Under the pieces are notes generated by a model. It made no database searches and was not told where the DNA came from. It was given only the letters and a program-made list of their open reading frames with translations. From contig NC_045707.1 of the NCBI RefSeq assembly GCF_009834535.1, forward strand, positions 46,254,001-46,318,000: a stretch of 64,000 nt of DNA, read 5' to 3'. Position numbers and translations under genes: made by a program. This document shows positions 23,511-37,554 of this stretch, piece by piece (within the stretch, counting starts at the first letter, position 1; each line of letters begins with the position of its first letter). Source of the stretch: Camelus ferus. Lineage: Eukaryota.

Positions 23511-26199
23511 CTCCCCTGCTCTGTGTAGAAGGGTCTGAGTGATTGATTGTCTTCTAGTGACTCAGTAGCTCCCAGCTCCTGTGAAGCACATGACTCTCCT
23601 GGAACCCTAGGAGGGGTCCCTTAACCCCAGAAGGGGAGCCGTCAGTACCACAGTTGCAAATTGTGCACATCCACCTTTGCTCTGCAGGCATGCTATCGTG
23701 AGAGCAGTTACCTGAAGCCGACAACCTAGGTCGTTGAAAAGACATGGGCTCGCAGATTGGTGAATGAAGAGAATGGAAAATTTTCAACTAAAGAAACTTC
23801 TATGCCCTCCCCGGCTTCCTGAGCTTCTTGGGGTGTATAACTGGCAGTTGGCTTGGCCAAGTACATATCATCTTTTTCACTTAGCTCTGAGACAGTGACG
23901 TCCCTGGTGGCTTCTGCTCTGCTCTGTGGCATCTGCTACCATCTGTGATGGCTACCTTCAAACTTCCTCTCCTTGCTAAGCCAGCCAGAATTTCTCCCCT
24001 GCCAGGCCTTTAGCTTGACTAAAGCAGTTCACAGGGACGAGCGCCAGCCATGCTAACAGCTGTTTTGTTGGTGGTTACTCTGCTCCCGTCCAGGTATTGG
24101 GAATTGGATTTTTTTTCTGTTCTGTTTAAAATTAAGCTGCTGAATAGTAGAAAAGAAGCAAAGTCCTGGCTTGGTCTGTACTCCACTTGCCAAAGAAACT
24201 GGATTCTTTTCTGATTCTTGGACTGTCCACATCACAAGCATTTATGCTGACCAAGCTTCCAATGGCTGTTTCCTCCCCAAAGTGTTCTAGACTGCTATTC
24301 CCTCACCATATTTCCCCTGTGGTTTGAAGCACAGGCCCTCTTAGCTGCAGGGAACAGAGAAGACAGGCCCCCAAAACTCAGGCCACAGGCAGAACATAAA
24401 GACCACCAGTGGCTCAAACCAGCAAGGACCTAAATACAGACCTGTATTCACAGAGGGGTGGTCTTCCCGAGACACCACAGTTGGAACTGTTGCAAGGTGG
24501 CTTCCTGCCGTGCATAGGGTTTTCCCCCATCAACAAGAAGTGACCACCTAAAAGTCATGAAAACCGGATGTGGAGTTGGAAGGAAGGAGGTCCATCAGTC
24601 ATTCAACAAGCATTTCTCCTCAAAGGAGAAACTGAAAGGATACATGGAGGCTGAAGGCTAGTGGCTGGTTCTTCTGGTGAACTGGAGAGCGGGCAGCCCA
24701 TGTCACTAGCCCTTTTGGAGGTGGGATCCTGACTGGCCAGCGCAGTGGGGCATGCAGTATCCAGTTCCCTGTGCTGGCTCATGGTCTCCGTAAGAGAACT
24801 AGACTCCGCTCAGGCTCTAACAAGGCTGGGGGATGTTTCTCTGGCTTCCTCAGTCACAGCCCTGTCCTACTGGGATGGACTGAGCCCTTCAGCCGGTCAG
24901 AGCATTTCAGCTCCTTGGCAGTAATTTATACTTGAATGTAAATCAGGACATTTGTCTTCTTTTGTTAGAGGTGCTCTCATCAGAAGTGGCTTAGCATGAA
25001 TCAGGTTCCCAGAAGCGGTCACCTCATAAATGAACCTATTGGGTTCTGAATTACTGCCTGACACGTGGGCAGGCCAGACTGAAGCTGGGGCTTTCTTCTT
25101 ACCTGATCTGATTAACCTGGGGAGAATGCTTAACCTCTCTGAAGCCCTTTCCTAAACTGGAACATGCCTAGGGTGGGAGGGTTAGATGGAGTGCTTCAGT
25201 CTTTTAAATGTTCACTGAGCACCTGCTATGCGTCAGGCACTGTCCTAGGAACAGGGATGCGAAATAGTGCTCCTCTCCTCGTGGGGGTTACCTTCTGGTG
25301 AGGGGAGACGATGATAAACAAAACTATAATATTTGGCAGTGGTAAGGGCCATGCTTTGAGCATTTAACCCAAAATTAAAACTTACCTTGAAATTCTTAGA
25401 GAGGAAATGAACTTTCTGAGTGGTTTTTTTTTTCCCAGCTGAATTTCAGACAGCTATGTGGGCATGACTGAGGAGAGCCCTCGAAAGTGGAAAGAGTTCT
25501 AGGTGGGAGAGACTCATCACGACAGCCGGAGCGCTGGGAAGGACTGGGTGGTTCTGTCTGGAAAGGGGATGAGATGCTCCTGGTATTCCTGCTTTGCCTT
25601 TTTTTTTTTTTTTTGGCTTGAAATGAATAACATGCAAATGAGCACCTGGGTCTGAGTCAGTGGTGTGAGTAACCCCTCCGCAGGATGCTGAGCCCTGAGT
25701 GTGTACACACAGCTCCCTGCTGGCTCCTCCGAATCCCTGAGATGCTTCTTACAGGCAGCCTCTGCACTCTGACCTCTGGCCCATGCCACCCTACCCAGTC
25801 ACAACCCTGGGTCAGGCCAGCTGCTCGCTGCACCTGCAGCCAGGGGCTGATGAAACCGAGGTGTCCCTGCCTGCAGCAAGTACCAAGGAAACACTCCCTT
25901 CCCCGGCAGCTCCCCCTCCTCAGAGCCCTGGGACCCCTGCTCATCGTCTAAACTGTCAGTGGCTCTCTCCTCTTACCCTTCTTCCCTCCTCTCCATCCCC
26001 CTGTTCCAGACAACCCTCCCACCTGTGCCCACCTCCTCCCCACCCTGCTGCTCCTGGGAGCTGGCTCCTCCATCATCAAGTCCTGTGCCATCCAGGCCTG
26101 TTTTTCCATGGATGCATTTCAGCGTACACAACTGTCCACACTGCTGCTATCCTGAACCCACTTTTTGGATCCTGCCTTTCCTCAGCTCACTACTCCTTT

Positions 26200-27455
26200 T
26201 CGTCCCCTAGACTGTGTTTCTTAAAGGAATTGTCTCTCCCTTCTCCCCAGATTTCTTAATCCACTAAAAACTAGTATCAGCCCCAAAACTCACCTAAAAC
26301 TTCCCTCAGTGGGGTCACAATTGACTGGTTTCCTATCTGATGCATAGTTGGCAGCCTGTGTCTTTACTTAAGTTCTCCATCGTTTGCCACTGTAACACTC
26401 CCTCTTGGCCGAAGTGTTTTACTCCCATTGGGTGTTTCCTTGCCACCCGTCTTCTGGTTCTCCTGTGACAACTGACTGTTCTCCAGTCTTCTTTGTCTGC
26501 ATTACATTTCATGTGCTTTGTACAGATTCTCCATGATTCAACCATCATCTCTATGACTAATGACTACTATTTCTATGTAGTGAGTACCTGCCTCTTTTTT
26601 CAGCCACAGACCCCTGTTTCCAATTATTCATCCTTCATCTCTACAAAGATATCCTTAGGGTACCTCAGTTTATAAAACCAAGCTCAGTGTTTTGCCCTTG
26701 TACCAAACCTGCTCTTTCTGTGCTTCCTCATTTCATAAAGGTACCACCACCCAGACTAGAAACCCCAGAGCCATTCTCCTCTTCCTCACTAGTGCCACCA
26801 ACTCACATCAATTCCAGCTTCTCAGTAAACCCACATGTTGTTCACCTCATTTTATCCCACCCACAACTACCATGGTTCAGGGCGCTCTTATTTGTCCCTG
26901 GGGCAGTTGTAACAGCCTCTTAAAAGGTCCCGCAGTCTCTGATTTCTGGCCCATCCCCCATGTGACTGCCAGTATGATCTCTCTAATATGCAAATAAGGT
27001 CATCTAGTCCCAGTGCTTAAACCCTTCCACAGCCCCCACTGCCCACAGTCAAGGCTGAATTTTTGAGTGAAGCCCACGAGGTCCTCGATGTACTGGAGCC
27101 AGCCCAAGTCCCTGGCCTCCTGTCCAGCTCCACACAGCCAGCCCTGAACCCACTTTGCTATTTTACACCCTTGGGCAATGCACTGGTGCTTTCTTCTGCC
27201 CGTGATCACATTTCTTCTTCCTGTCATTCTTCAAGACCCTTTCACATGTCTGCTTTGTGAAGACTTTGTGTGCGTTCCCCCTCCCCTACTCTGTGTTCTG
27301 TAAAGGAAAGCCCTGCTGTACTCTCTTTATGCTAGTGATGGGGGGCAGTGGTTGGTTTATGTCTGTTCCCTGTAGTAGACAGTGAGTTCCTTGTGGCTCG
27401 AGCCATAGCCTACTCATCTGGTTCTCCCCCAGGCCCTCCCTGAGTGCTGGGCACA
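26200..27455 (+). mobile_element. L2 fragment including 3' end
   Basis: Pyrimidine-rich L2 text: caccacccagactagaaacccc...cagtgcttaaacccttccacag...tagacagtgagttccttg...gtgctgggcacatgg. Confidence 0.7.
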
Positions 27456-28594
27456 TGGGTGGTGATCTTCAGACGCAGTAAACAGAGAAGCCAGGTAGTG
27501 TGAGAGTGAAATCGCTTGTGGGGCTGCCTCCCTTCCCCACTGGACTGTGAGCGCTTGGCAGGCTGGGACCGCACCCGCTTCTTGCTTATGTGCCATTCCC
27601 AGTACATATTACTGAGTCTGGACTCGGGTTTACTCAAACTTTCTACCAGAAACCCCCTCCCAACGCAGAGGCATGAGGACATCTAACTAGAACAAGGCTC
27701 CTTCTGAAAACCTTCCCTTCAACTTGGCTTACCCTGATCCGACCTTCACCTCAACCTGCCTTTTCCCTCTTGCCCCAGAAGGAAGTTTCAGAAGGAAGTC
27801 CGGGGCCATAAAGCAGATCTCATAAAACCTCACAGGGGTTCAAACTCCATGCGGCTAAAACCAGAACACACCTCTGAGCCCTGCCCAACTGGCTTTTGGT
27901 ACTTTTATCGAAATGGTGACCACATTTCTGGAATCCACACAAGGAAACACACGCTTTTAGCTGATAAAGAAAAGAAAAACAGTTCCTGTCTACTGACCGT
28001 GTCATTTATCAGACACAGGGTGTGGGGGTTTACAGATATGTCACCCGTGCCCCCTCCCCAGCCCTGGGAGGACACTACACCCTCTTCCCGCCTTACCCGT
28101 GGAGGAAAGGAGGCACAGACAGGGTGGGGCTGGAGTGCAAACCCTCCTCTGTCTGACTCTGCTGTCAGGCCGTGATGGGTGCCACCGTCAGGGGCACAAG
28201 GCTGTCTGGGTTGTGTCCTGGGGAATCAAATAGGAGAATGTTGGGGATTTGAATGGTTTCTGAGGACGGAAATTTTGAATTGCAGATTTCTGAATTTTGT
28301 AGGATGTTGGGAAGCCATTATCTCAGAATATGGGGGCTAGATGTTACAGGGAGAGGCCAGTTTCCAGCTACAACCAGGCAGCCCTCCAGAGGCTGGCCCA
28401 CCTCTCCGGAACCTGCAGCCCCTGATCGGCACAAGGAGGTCTAGGCGTGCTTCCAGGTCCCGGTGCTATGTATTCATATGTATAGTCTATTTGTGCTCTA
28501 TTAGTGCACACGTCAAATAAACATGTAGCATATAACCACACTTAGCTGTATATTAAGGGATATTTAGTTCATATATGAAAATAGAATTTATTGG

Positions 28595-29650
28595 TTTTTA
28601 ACTTATTTTTAATTTTGAAATGATCATAAACTTAGAGAAAAGTTGGATGTTCAATACAAAGGTTAATATTTTTCCTGAACCATTTGAGAATAAGTTGTCA
28701 ACCCGATGCCCAGTCACCTACAAATACTTTCCTGTGTGATTCCTAAAAGTAGGGACATTTTCCTACATAACCACAATATAGCCATCAAAATCAGGAAATC
28801 AAATAGAGGTGTTACTGACATCTGCTCCTCAGACCCCGTTCAGGTTTTGCCAGTTGTCCCAGTAGTGACCATTGTACGGTTGCATTTAGTTATCTCTTTT
28901 CTTCTCTTTCTGTCTGAAACAGTTCCTCTGTCTTTCCTTGACTTTCGTGATCCTGGCCCTTTTGAAGATTACAGTTATTTGTATAATGTCTCTCAAGCTG
29001 GTGTTTCCTTATGATTAGATTCAGCTTATCCATCTTTGTCAGGAATATCACAGAAGTGACGCCGTGTTCTCACTGTGCCTTATCAGATGGGCTGAGGTTT
29101 TGTTGTGTCTCATTACTGATGCTTTTGCTTTGAACACTCGATTAAGGTGGTGTCTGCCAGGCTCCTTTACTGTAAAGACAGTTTTTCCCCTTGGTAATAA
29201 GTATTTTGTAGGGAGGTACTCTGTGCCTCCTGCTCCACAGCAAACTTTCAATTTCCTCCTATATTTACTTCTATCAGATGGGATCATGGCTTCCTATTTC
29301 ATTCAAAGGGTAGTAAACCATGATGACCATTATTCATTTTAATGACATATTGTCCTCTGTTTGACCAGTGGGAACTCGTGCAAGCTGTCTTTGGTGTCCT
29401 CGTGACACGCCCTCACCATCTTTGAGCTCCTTTCCTTTTTGGCACAAGATGTTTCAGGTTCATCTTGTGCTTTCCCCACCCAAGACCTGGAACCAGCCGG
29501 TTTTGCAAGGAATCTGGATTCCTTTTAGTGGAAAATAGTCTTTGAAAGCCAAGATCTGGGTGCTAGCTTTGCTCTTTGCTATCGGGGTGTCACCACCCCC
29601 AGACCCTCTCGGTGGACAGAGGTTGGAAATACATGCAGCATTTGTGTATG
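28595..29650 (-). mobile_element. Old L1MC/L1ME-type 3' region
   Basis: ttcctgaaccatttgagaataagttg...ggacattttcctacataaccacaata...aaaatcaggaaat and the downstream ctggaaccagcc...aaggaatctggattccttttagtgga are typical of L1MC4/5-like ends. Confidence 0.65.
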
Positions 29651-29651
29651 G

Positions 29652-29654
<3 letters not shown>

Positions 29655-29697
<43 letters not shown>
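29655..29697. repeat. (TG)n microsatellite
   Basis: Uninterrupted TG run followed by TATG variants. Confidence 0.95.
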
Positions 29698-29733
29698 AAC
29701 GTGTAGTAGGACATATGTACCTGCATATACACC

Positions 29734-30104
29734 TGTCATGGACTGAATGTCTCTGTCCCCCAGAGTCATGTGTCGAACCCCTAACCCAGTGTGATGGTAT
29801 TTGGACTTGGGGCCTTTGGGAGATACTAAGGGTAAGATGAGGTCATTACAGTGGTTTCTTCACAATGGGATGAGTGGCTTTATGAGAAGGGGAAGAGGTG
29901 TGCACCGAGGAAAGGCCAGGTGAGCACACAGTGAGGAGGTGGCCATCTGCAAGCCAGGAAGAGGGCCTTCACCAGGAATCAAATCTGTCATCCTTGAGCC
30001 TGGACTTCCTAGTTTCCAGAGCTGTGAAAACAAAAAAAAAACCCTACTGTGTAAGCCACTCAGTTTATGGTATTTTATTGCAGCAGCCTGAGCCAACTAG
30101 GACG
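29734..30104 (+). mobile_element. MaLR solo LTR (MLT1A-like)
   Basis: tgtcatggactgaatgt...gtgtgatggtatttgg...ggccatctgcaagccaggaagagggcc...taagccactcagtttatggtattttattgcagcagcctgagccaactaggacg. Confidence 0.85.
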
Positions 30105-31615
30105 GCATCTGTGTTTGCTTATACATATACTCACACAGCTATATACACTAGCTCTCTGCTAATCTCTGCGTCTGTCTGTATACTGACAACCGTGAGTGCA
30201 CACCGGCGCTCCGGACCCCAGTCCAGCCCCATGAATTCATTCACGTTTTCCTCCTTCCTCTGTTTGCTCTCCCTCCTCCAGCAATGAAACACTGGCTTCC
30301 ATTGTCCCACCTACACTTATTCATTTGCCCAACCCCCCGGGGAGCCGACTCCCCATCTCTGCTGCCCACTCCTCCTCCACTGGGTGGATTTGGGGCGCTG
30401 ACCTTGACGCCAGGCTCGCTCTGCTCACCCTCCTGCAGTCTCGGGCGCTCTGGCTGGGTCGCCCCGGCCCGTGGGTGCCCAACTCACCCCACTCCAGCTT
30501 TCACGCACAAGGAAGCCCTCTTCATCCCTCCTGCGTTCTGGTTACCTCTACCAGGCCGCCCCCACCAGTGTCCTGTCTCCCTGCTTGAGCTCTGCCAGCC
30601 TCCCACATGGGTTCCCCCCTTCTGTGACCCACTCATCACTCCTGGCCTTGGAACCAGAATCTTCAGGGAGGGAAGGGAGGCAGCAGGGAGAAGGAGCGCA
30701 GTTTTTCTCTGTGTGTGTGTATTTGTGTTTTTGTGTGGGTGTGTTTTCTGATGATTTCAGTAACACATGATTCGGGAATACAGAAGGAACAAAGATTTTA
30801 AAAATCTCTATTAATTCTTCCATCCACAGAAAACTATCATTATCCTTTTCCCACTAAAGTGTCAAACTTAAAAAAAACAATGTGAGTTTCCTTAGTTGAA
30901 AAAGGAAGACATGCCTATGGCTGAAAACTTCCCAAGTCACACCCCTCCCTCCTCCTGCACCCTCAAGGCCCCTCCCCGGAGGTGGCTGCTGACATCTGTG
31001 TCTCCTGGACCCACCCAGCTATTTTCTGCACATATATATGTATGTTACGTTTTTTTCAACCAAATTGGACTTTAACCTTTCTGACATATTTCCTGTTAAT
31101 CTTTCTTCTCTGCGTATGTATAAACATGTATATAATTTAACAAAATATGAACATTTTCCTACATTCCTATATGTGGATTCTTCCAAAGTATCATTTTCAA
31201 AGGCTGCCTTATTTCCCATCATGTATGTGTTTCATTTGTTTAATTTGTAGTTAGACATTTCTATTTTTTTATTATTATAAATGACCAGCTTTGATTTTAT
31301 CGTGCCGGGAGAGTCGTGAAGCCGGCTCAGTCTGGTGAAGCGGTTCAGCTGCTTTCCATGCCTGGTAATAGACCGCTGAGCTTAAACAATGGAGGTTTAT
31401 TTTTCTCACTAGCAAGCATTTCAGAGGTGGGCAGCTCAACCAAAGTTTTGAGCAAGACTCCAGAGTAAAAAAGATAAAATTCCAAAGCTACATCATTCTA
31501 TGCAGAACTTCCAAAGGGAGTGATTGGGACCCTCTCCTTGTGCTCTTGAACCCCTCACCGAGTCAAGAACATAGAAGAATTGAGAGAGGGGAGAGAAAGA
31601 GAGTATTCTTGAATT

Positions 31616-31825
31616 GTTTTTTTTTTAATTGAAGTGTAGTTGATTTACAATGTTCTGTTTCAGGTGTACAGCAAAGTGATTCATTTATTTGTATACATAC
31701 ATACATGTATCTATTCCTTTTCAGATTCTTTTCCATTATAGGTTATTACAAGAAATTGAATATAGTTCCCTGTGCTGTACAGTAGGTCCTTGTTGTTTAT
31801 CTATTTTATATATAGTAGTGTGTAT
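31616..31825 (-). mobile_element. Artiodactyl-type L1 3' end
   Basis: Poly-T followed by aattgaagtgtagttgatttacaatgtt...cagcaaagtgattca...ttccctgtgctgtacagtaggtccttgttgtttatctattt. Confidence 0.8.
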
Positions 31826-34289
31826 AGTGTATTTTGTATATAGTAATGCCTCCTTCTCCTTTTCACCACTCTTCAGTTCTGTGGCTCCATTATCTCCATT
31901 CCACCTCCTTCCTACACGCTCACTGTGGTTTCAGCTTCCCCTGTGTGGCAAACACTACCCCAATTACATAGTTAGTGCCTAGTCTCTTCTGAGCCATGGA
32001 TCCAATTGTAAGTTTCCTATAAAATATCTCTCAGCTGTCCCTAGAGCACCTCAAACTAAAATACCCAGGTTATTGTTTTTCCCTTACCCCAGATCTGTTC
32101 TCTCTGTACTCTTTGCTTCCATTGAAGTCACCACTGCCACAACCTACCTAGTCACCCAAACTAGAAACCTCACAGCTGTCATCCTCATCATTGCCACCAT
32201 AGAGTCGTGTCAATTCTACCTTCTAAGTATATCTCAAATTTGTCATCTTTCTGTCTCAGCTGCCACTAGATTGATTCTGGCTCAGTTCTTCACAGGACAG
32301 TTGTAACAGCTTCTTAACTACTGCCCCTTTGGCTTTATTCCCCCCTCGTATGAGGATAGGATGTCCAGAACCGTGGCAGCCATCTTGTGACCATGAGGTG
32401 ACAAGAATGAGAATCAACAGCCAACGTGTTAAGGATGGCAGCAGAAACAGGGAAAGAGGCTGGGTCGCGCTGTCAGCTCTGTTGACTAGCTGAGTCAATG
32501 CCAGGAATCATTTACCTGCGGACTTCTTGTGATGTGAGGTCATAAAAGTCTGTCCTGTTTGAGTGCCTGTTGGTGGCTGCTAATTACAGCAAAAGGCATC
32601 CCTTATACTGGACACAGGCAGTGGGAAGATGGAAGAAACAGTGTCAACGTGACTAAATATTTAGTTTTCTTTTGATGCTTCTGAGTCATGTGTTCCACAT
32701 ACATCACATGCATCTCGCTATGTGAACTCTCACCTGATCCTTTGTTTCCTTTTACTTAGGACTGCTTTTAGTTTTTAAGGTGAAATTGTGTTTTGAATAA
32801 TTTTGCAGAAGGTGTTTTTAAACAGTCACATCATACATCTCCTGGGTCAGAATGGTCCCAGGAAATAGGCCTGTATCAAGTGTGCATTCTGGGTAAAGAC
32901 GTGGAGGCAGGAATATGTGGAGGAGGTTAAGGCTGCAGCAAGCCGTCCAGTTGGGCTGAGTGTGTAGTGAATGCCTGGAGCCTGGAGAACGGGTAGGGTG
33001 ACATGAGGTCCAATTGAACTCAGAGGACGGGTGAATTGAGGGTAGGATGGGAGCAAAATATGTAAAAGGCAGGGCTTAGGAAAGATGGGAACTTTATTTT
33101 CCAACTTGAGGGCCACTGTTTAACTGGGACAGTCTTGGCCTCCTTTGCAACCAGCCTCTTTGCTCTCAGTGTACCTCTGGGTGACTTCTCTCGGGTCACC
33201 TATGTAAAGCCCATCACCTGGCTGCCCCTGTGTCATACAGGAATAATGGCCATCTCCTGCACTGAGGTCCAAAGTCCATCGGGGGAGTAGGAGTGGTAAT
33301 CTGATTGGAGGCGAGGGCTGGGGTCCTTATCTTGAAACCATCTGTGCTCCTAGTGGCTGCTCTGGCCACTTAGGGGAAGCACCAAGCAGAGTCCCTGCTG
33401 TGCCAGTGGCAGAGGGGGTATAAAGATGAGATCTGGGAGCTGGAGGCCCAGAGGCTGATGTGGACCATGCAGAACTGTGGCTCCTCTGGGAGCATCCCCA
33501 TTGGTAGTCAGATGTGCACACTGATTGGAGTTCGTGTTGATGATGATCAACTGATGGATCATGGTCATCCTGGCATCCTTACCACTGGCCACAATTGGGA
33601 ATGAAGAATTAAGTCCCGATTACTAAGCCCAGCAGTGCAGTCCCAGAACGTCACCTGGTTCTTAACAACTGGACCTCTGACGACAGTGGTCCCATCCCCA
33701 CACCCTACGCCTCCCCAAACTGCCCCTTCAGTGTGGCTCTTCTGACCACGGTATTTTCCAGGCTTTGAGGGGCACCATTAATTGTGGCTGGTTCATTATC
33801 TCTGAAAAAAATTGTTTCAAGTCCCAGTATTAAAGAACCATATTTGAGCAAAATGAGAGAAATACACTTAATAAACAGTCAGTCACTGTTGGCCACCAGA
33901 GAAGTATCTTCTTTTGTTCATATCATTTCTTCTAGGATCCTTTTTCTCCTCAGAGAAAAAGAATGCCTGTTAGGGGAGTGGGCATTCCGTTCTCAGACCT
34001 TGTCAGCACGAGAATTCCATGCATCCATGTACTGTTGGTGGTCATGTCCTGTGGTCACCAAGGCTCAGCCATTTCTGTGCCTGGGGAGCCAGCAAGTTCC
34101 CTGGGTACAGTCCTCCTCATTGCTGAGGTTGTAGCAACCTCTAGGGGTTGCCACGGGTTACTGAGTGCTTGGGACTGTGTCTGGGATCAGTGTAGTGAGA
34201 GTGCTCAGTATTTCCTCCAGGTACTGACAAAGGGAGGAGCGGGGAAGGGGGGTTGGCAAAGATGACGTAATGGCTGGACCTCAGGACCA

Positions 34290-34841
34290 CCTCCCTTTGC
34301 TGACCAGGACCTGGAACTGGTTTGTTTCGAGCAGATTACCTCAAGCTGAAAACAATCATGACCCAAAAGACTCAGGGAGAAACCTTGACCTTCCCCCTAA
34401 CTGTTCAAAGAGTGTAGCTGGAGGACCTGTCCAGGAAGGGAGCGTCACCATAAATACCATAGTACGAACCAGGGGTGGAGAAGGGAGGCACCTAGAAAGT
34501 CTGTTTGTTCACATTCCTCTGTGTCTCACTGTCTCTGCCTGTCCAGCAAACATTGTTTACCAAACATTTGTTTTTCTGTCTCTGTGTCAATTGCCTGCAT
34601 CCCCTTTGAGGTCCCAATGACTACCCACTACATCCAATTTTGTGTTCAGCTGAAGATGACATTTAAGGTGAGGGTTTCAGCCGTTTGTGCGAGTTACTCA
34701 GTTCTCCTGGGTCTCTCCTGTGTATACATGTTATTAAAGTTTTGTTTACTTTCCTCCTGTTAGTCTGTTTTATGTCAATTTAATTCTTAGACTAGCTAGA
34801 AGAATCTAGAAGAGTAGAGGAAAACTTCTTCTTTCCCAACA
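34290..34841 (+). mobile_element. ERV1-class LTR (5' boundary uncertain)
   Basis: The 3' end gtatacatgttattaaagttttg...tgtcaatttaattcttagactag...gaatctagaagagtagaggaaaacttcttctttcccaaca is typical of laurasiatherian ERV1 LTRs, with ATTAAA and a CA terminus. Confidence 0.65.
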
Positions 34842-35754
34842 GCAAAAAACAGGTTGAACCTGTGGACAGTCAGTTAGGCAGGATCCACCTAAGAATTATT
34901 CCAACTGTAGGTGTGAGCACACACGTGTACACACAGCAGTTTGCCCTGAGTGGGGCACACATTCAGGTCATCATCCTTCTCGTTGAAGCCCCCCCCGAGC
35001 TCGCTCATTGCTTTCCTGGGTCCCAGTCTCCTCATTCTTCCCACGCAGGCCTGTGAGGCCCCGGGGAGCAGTGCCGGGGGTTGGAGGGGGTGGGGTGCGG
35101 TATGCAGCTTTTTCCCCGAGTCTGTCAGCCAGGGTTTTCCAGGCTCTGGTCTTTAGCATTTATCTGAAAATCAGCTCCAGTCTTGTCACTGCATGCTTAA
35201 GAGCCTGCAGCGCTTTCCAGTCACCACTGAGACGAAGGTGAAATGCCAAAAGCATGGCTTATGAAGCCCATTTTCCCGACTCGCCTGCCCGCAGTCTGTC
35301 TCCTGACACGGCATCTGCACCTTCTAGTTGGTGACGTCCTTTCTGTGCTCTGAATGCAGTGCTCCCTCTCACCCCTCAGCTTCTACAACACAGCCCTCTC
35401 TGGTCACAGCTCCATGTACTGCACAACTTTCTAATAATTAGTTGTGATATGAGCGTGTGAGTGTGCGTGCGTGCGTGCGTGTGTGTGTGCGTCATCAGAT
35501 ACTTGGCAGGGCACCTGTGGTTTGCCCACTGCAGAGCCCTGAGCTCCTGCCTGCAGGACACCAGAGGTTAAGACACAGATCCCACGTTCATAGCATTTTA
35601 CCTTCCAGGTGAATAAGACTAACACATAAAACAGCTAGAAAAAATTATGTTAAATCAGAGGTTGCAAGCTGGTGGCCTGTGAGCTGAATGGAGCCCTTAA
35701 GTGTATCTTGTTTGGCAAGAACAATTTTAGCCCCACAGGGTTTTTTCCCCCCAA

Positions 35755-36030
35755 TTTTTTTATTGCGGCAAAATGCACCCAACATAAAATTTACTGTCTT
35801 AATCATTTTTATGTGTACAGTTCAGTACCTTCATACCGTTGTGCAACCATCAACACCATCCATCTCCAGAACCCTTTTCATCTTGCAAAACTGAAGCTCT
35901 GTCCCCATGAAACATTAACTTCTTGTTCTCCTTCCCACCTCCAGCCCCTGGCAACCACCATTCTATTCTGTCTGTGTAGTTTGGCAACTCTGGGTACCTC
36001 ATATATAAATTAAATCATGCAGTATTTGTC
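35755..36030 (-). mobile_element. L1MB-type 3' end
   Basis: aacataaaatttactgtcttaatcattttt...gtgcaaccatcaacaccatccatctccagaacccttttcatcttgcaaaactgaa. Confidence 0.8.
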
Positions 36031-36685
36031 TCTTTGTCCCACCCACAGTGCACAGGACTCCAATTTCTCCAGATCCCTGAAGTCGGTTCTCTTCCCGGCC
36101 CTTGTAGGCATTTGGGTTTGTGACCCTTGCATTAAACTGAGGTCCCTTTCAGCCACTAGGCTGTTTTCCTTTAAAACTTGATACCTTAATATATTGTAAT
36201 GTGATTGCCATTGTAGCGATAATTAATGCCTCTACGATGTTACATGATCATCCTTTCTTTTTAGTGGTTGGAATAAACTAAGTTCTTGTCTCTTAGCAAG
36301 TTTGATGGCTGTGATACTGTACTCTTGTCTGTAGTCACCACACTGTGCATGAGCTCTCTATTCACTACTGGTTGTAAGTTTGTATCCTTAAGCATCGTTT
36401 GTCCTATCCCCCGACTGCCCATCGCCTGGTAACCACCGTTTTGCTTTCCATTTTTATAAGTTTGACTTTTGCAGATTCTACATGTAAGTGAAACCTTACA
36501 CTGCTTGGCTTTCTCTGACTTATCTCGCTTGGCACGATGTGCCTGAGGTCCCTCTGCAGTGTCACAAATGGCAGGATAGCCTTCTTAGCCATTAGGTTCA
36601 CCAAGACGACAGTTACAGTGTGAGCTGGGCTAATCAAAGACAGTCTGAAAAGCGGGGATAGAATTTTACCTCTGCCTGGAAGAAC

Positions 36686-37044
36686 GGTATATTAACTTGC
36701 TAGGGCCACTGTCACAAAGTACCACAGACTGGGTGACTTAAACAACAGAAATGTAGTTTCTTACAATTCTAGATTCTGGGAGTCAGAGATCAAGGTGTCT
36801 GTGTCTTCTGAAGCCTCTCTCCTTGGGTGGAGGTGGTGTTCGGCCCCATGTCTCTGCATCATCCCTTTGTGTGCACCTGTGCCCCTAGTCTCCTTTTCTC
36901 ATAGGTCATGTTGGACCCGGGCCCACTCATATCACCTCATTTTACCTAAGTGCTTCTTTAAAGACCCCGTCTCCAAACACTCTGGGATATGGGGGCATTA
37001 GGACTTCACACGTGAGTCTGGGGAGGAAGAGTTCAGCCTGTAGC
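36686..37044 (-). mobile_element. MaLR LTR (MLT1A/B/C-like)
   Basis: gctagggccactgtcacaaagtaccacagactgggtgacttaaacaacagaaat...aagaccccgtctccaaacac. Confidence 0.8.
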
Positions 37045-37113
37045 CCACGGGTAGGACTAGGAAGGAAGAGAGAAAAGGCACGGTGGGCTTGCATTTGTTA
37101 TCATCTCGGCACC

Positions 37114-37554
37114 TGTATCGTTTCCTGTTGCTACTGTAATAAATTGGCACAACTTGATTAGCTTAAACAACGCACATTCACTTCCTTGCAGTTCTGGAAG
37201 TCCTAAAATCAAGCCTTGGCAAAGCTCCAGTCCTTGCACAGGCAATATGTGAGAATCCATTCCCTGGCTTTCCCCAGTTTATAGAGGCTGCCCGCGTTCC
37301 TTGGCTCATGGCCCCCATTCCTCTGCTTCTGTCATCACATCTCCTCTGTCTCTGAGTTCCCTGCCTCCTTCCTATAGAGACCTTGTGATTGCATTGGCCC
37401 TGCCCAGTTAAGCCAGGATAATCTCCCCATCTCGAGATTCTTAACCTAATCAATCACACCTGCAAAGTCCTTTTGCCGTGTAGGGTAACATTGTCACAGT
37501 CCCAGGGATTGGGACGTGGACATCTTCGTGGGGGCTATCATTTCGTCTACCACA
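37114..37554 (-). mobile_element. Full-length MaLR solo LTR (MLT1C/D-like) with perfect 5-bp TSD
   Basis: TG...CA termini (tgtatcgtttcc...tctaccaca) flanked by gcacc at 37109-37113 and 37555-37559. Confidence 0.88.

Noticed and set aside
33240..35050. Possible decayed ERVL/MaLR internal sequence or protein-coding remnant around the LTR
   Set aside because: No recognisable gag/pol motifs could be read in any frame; it needs a Dfam search.
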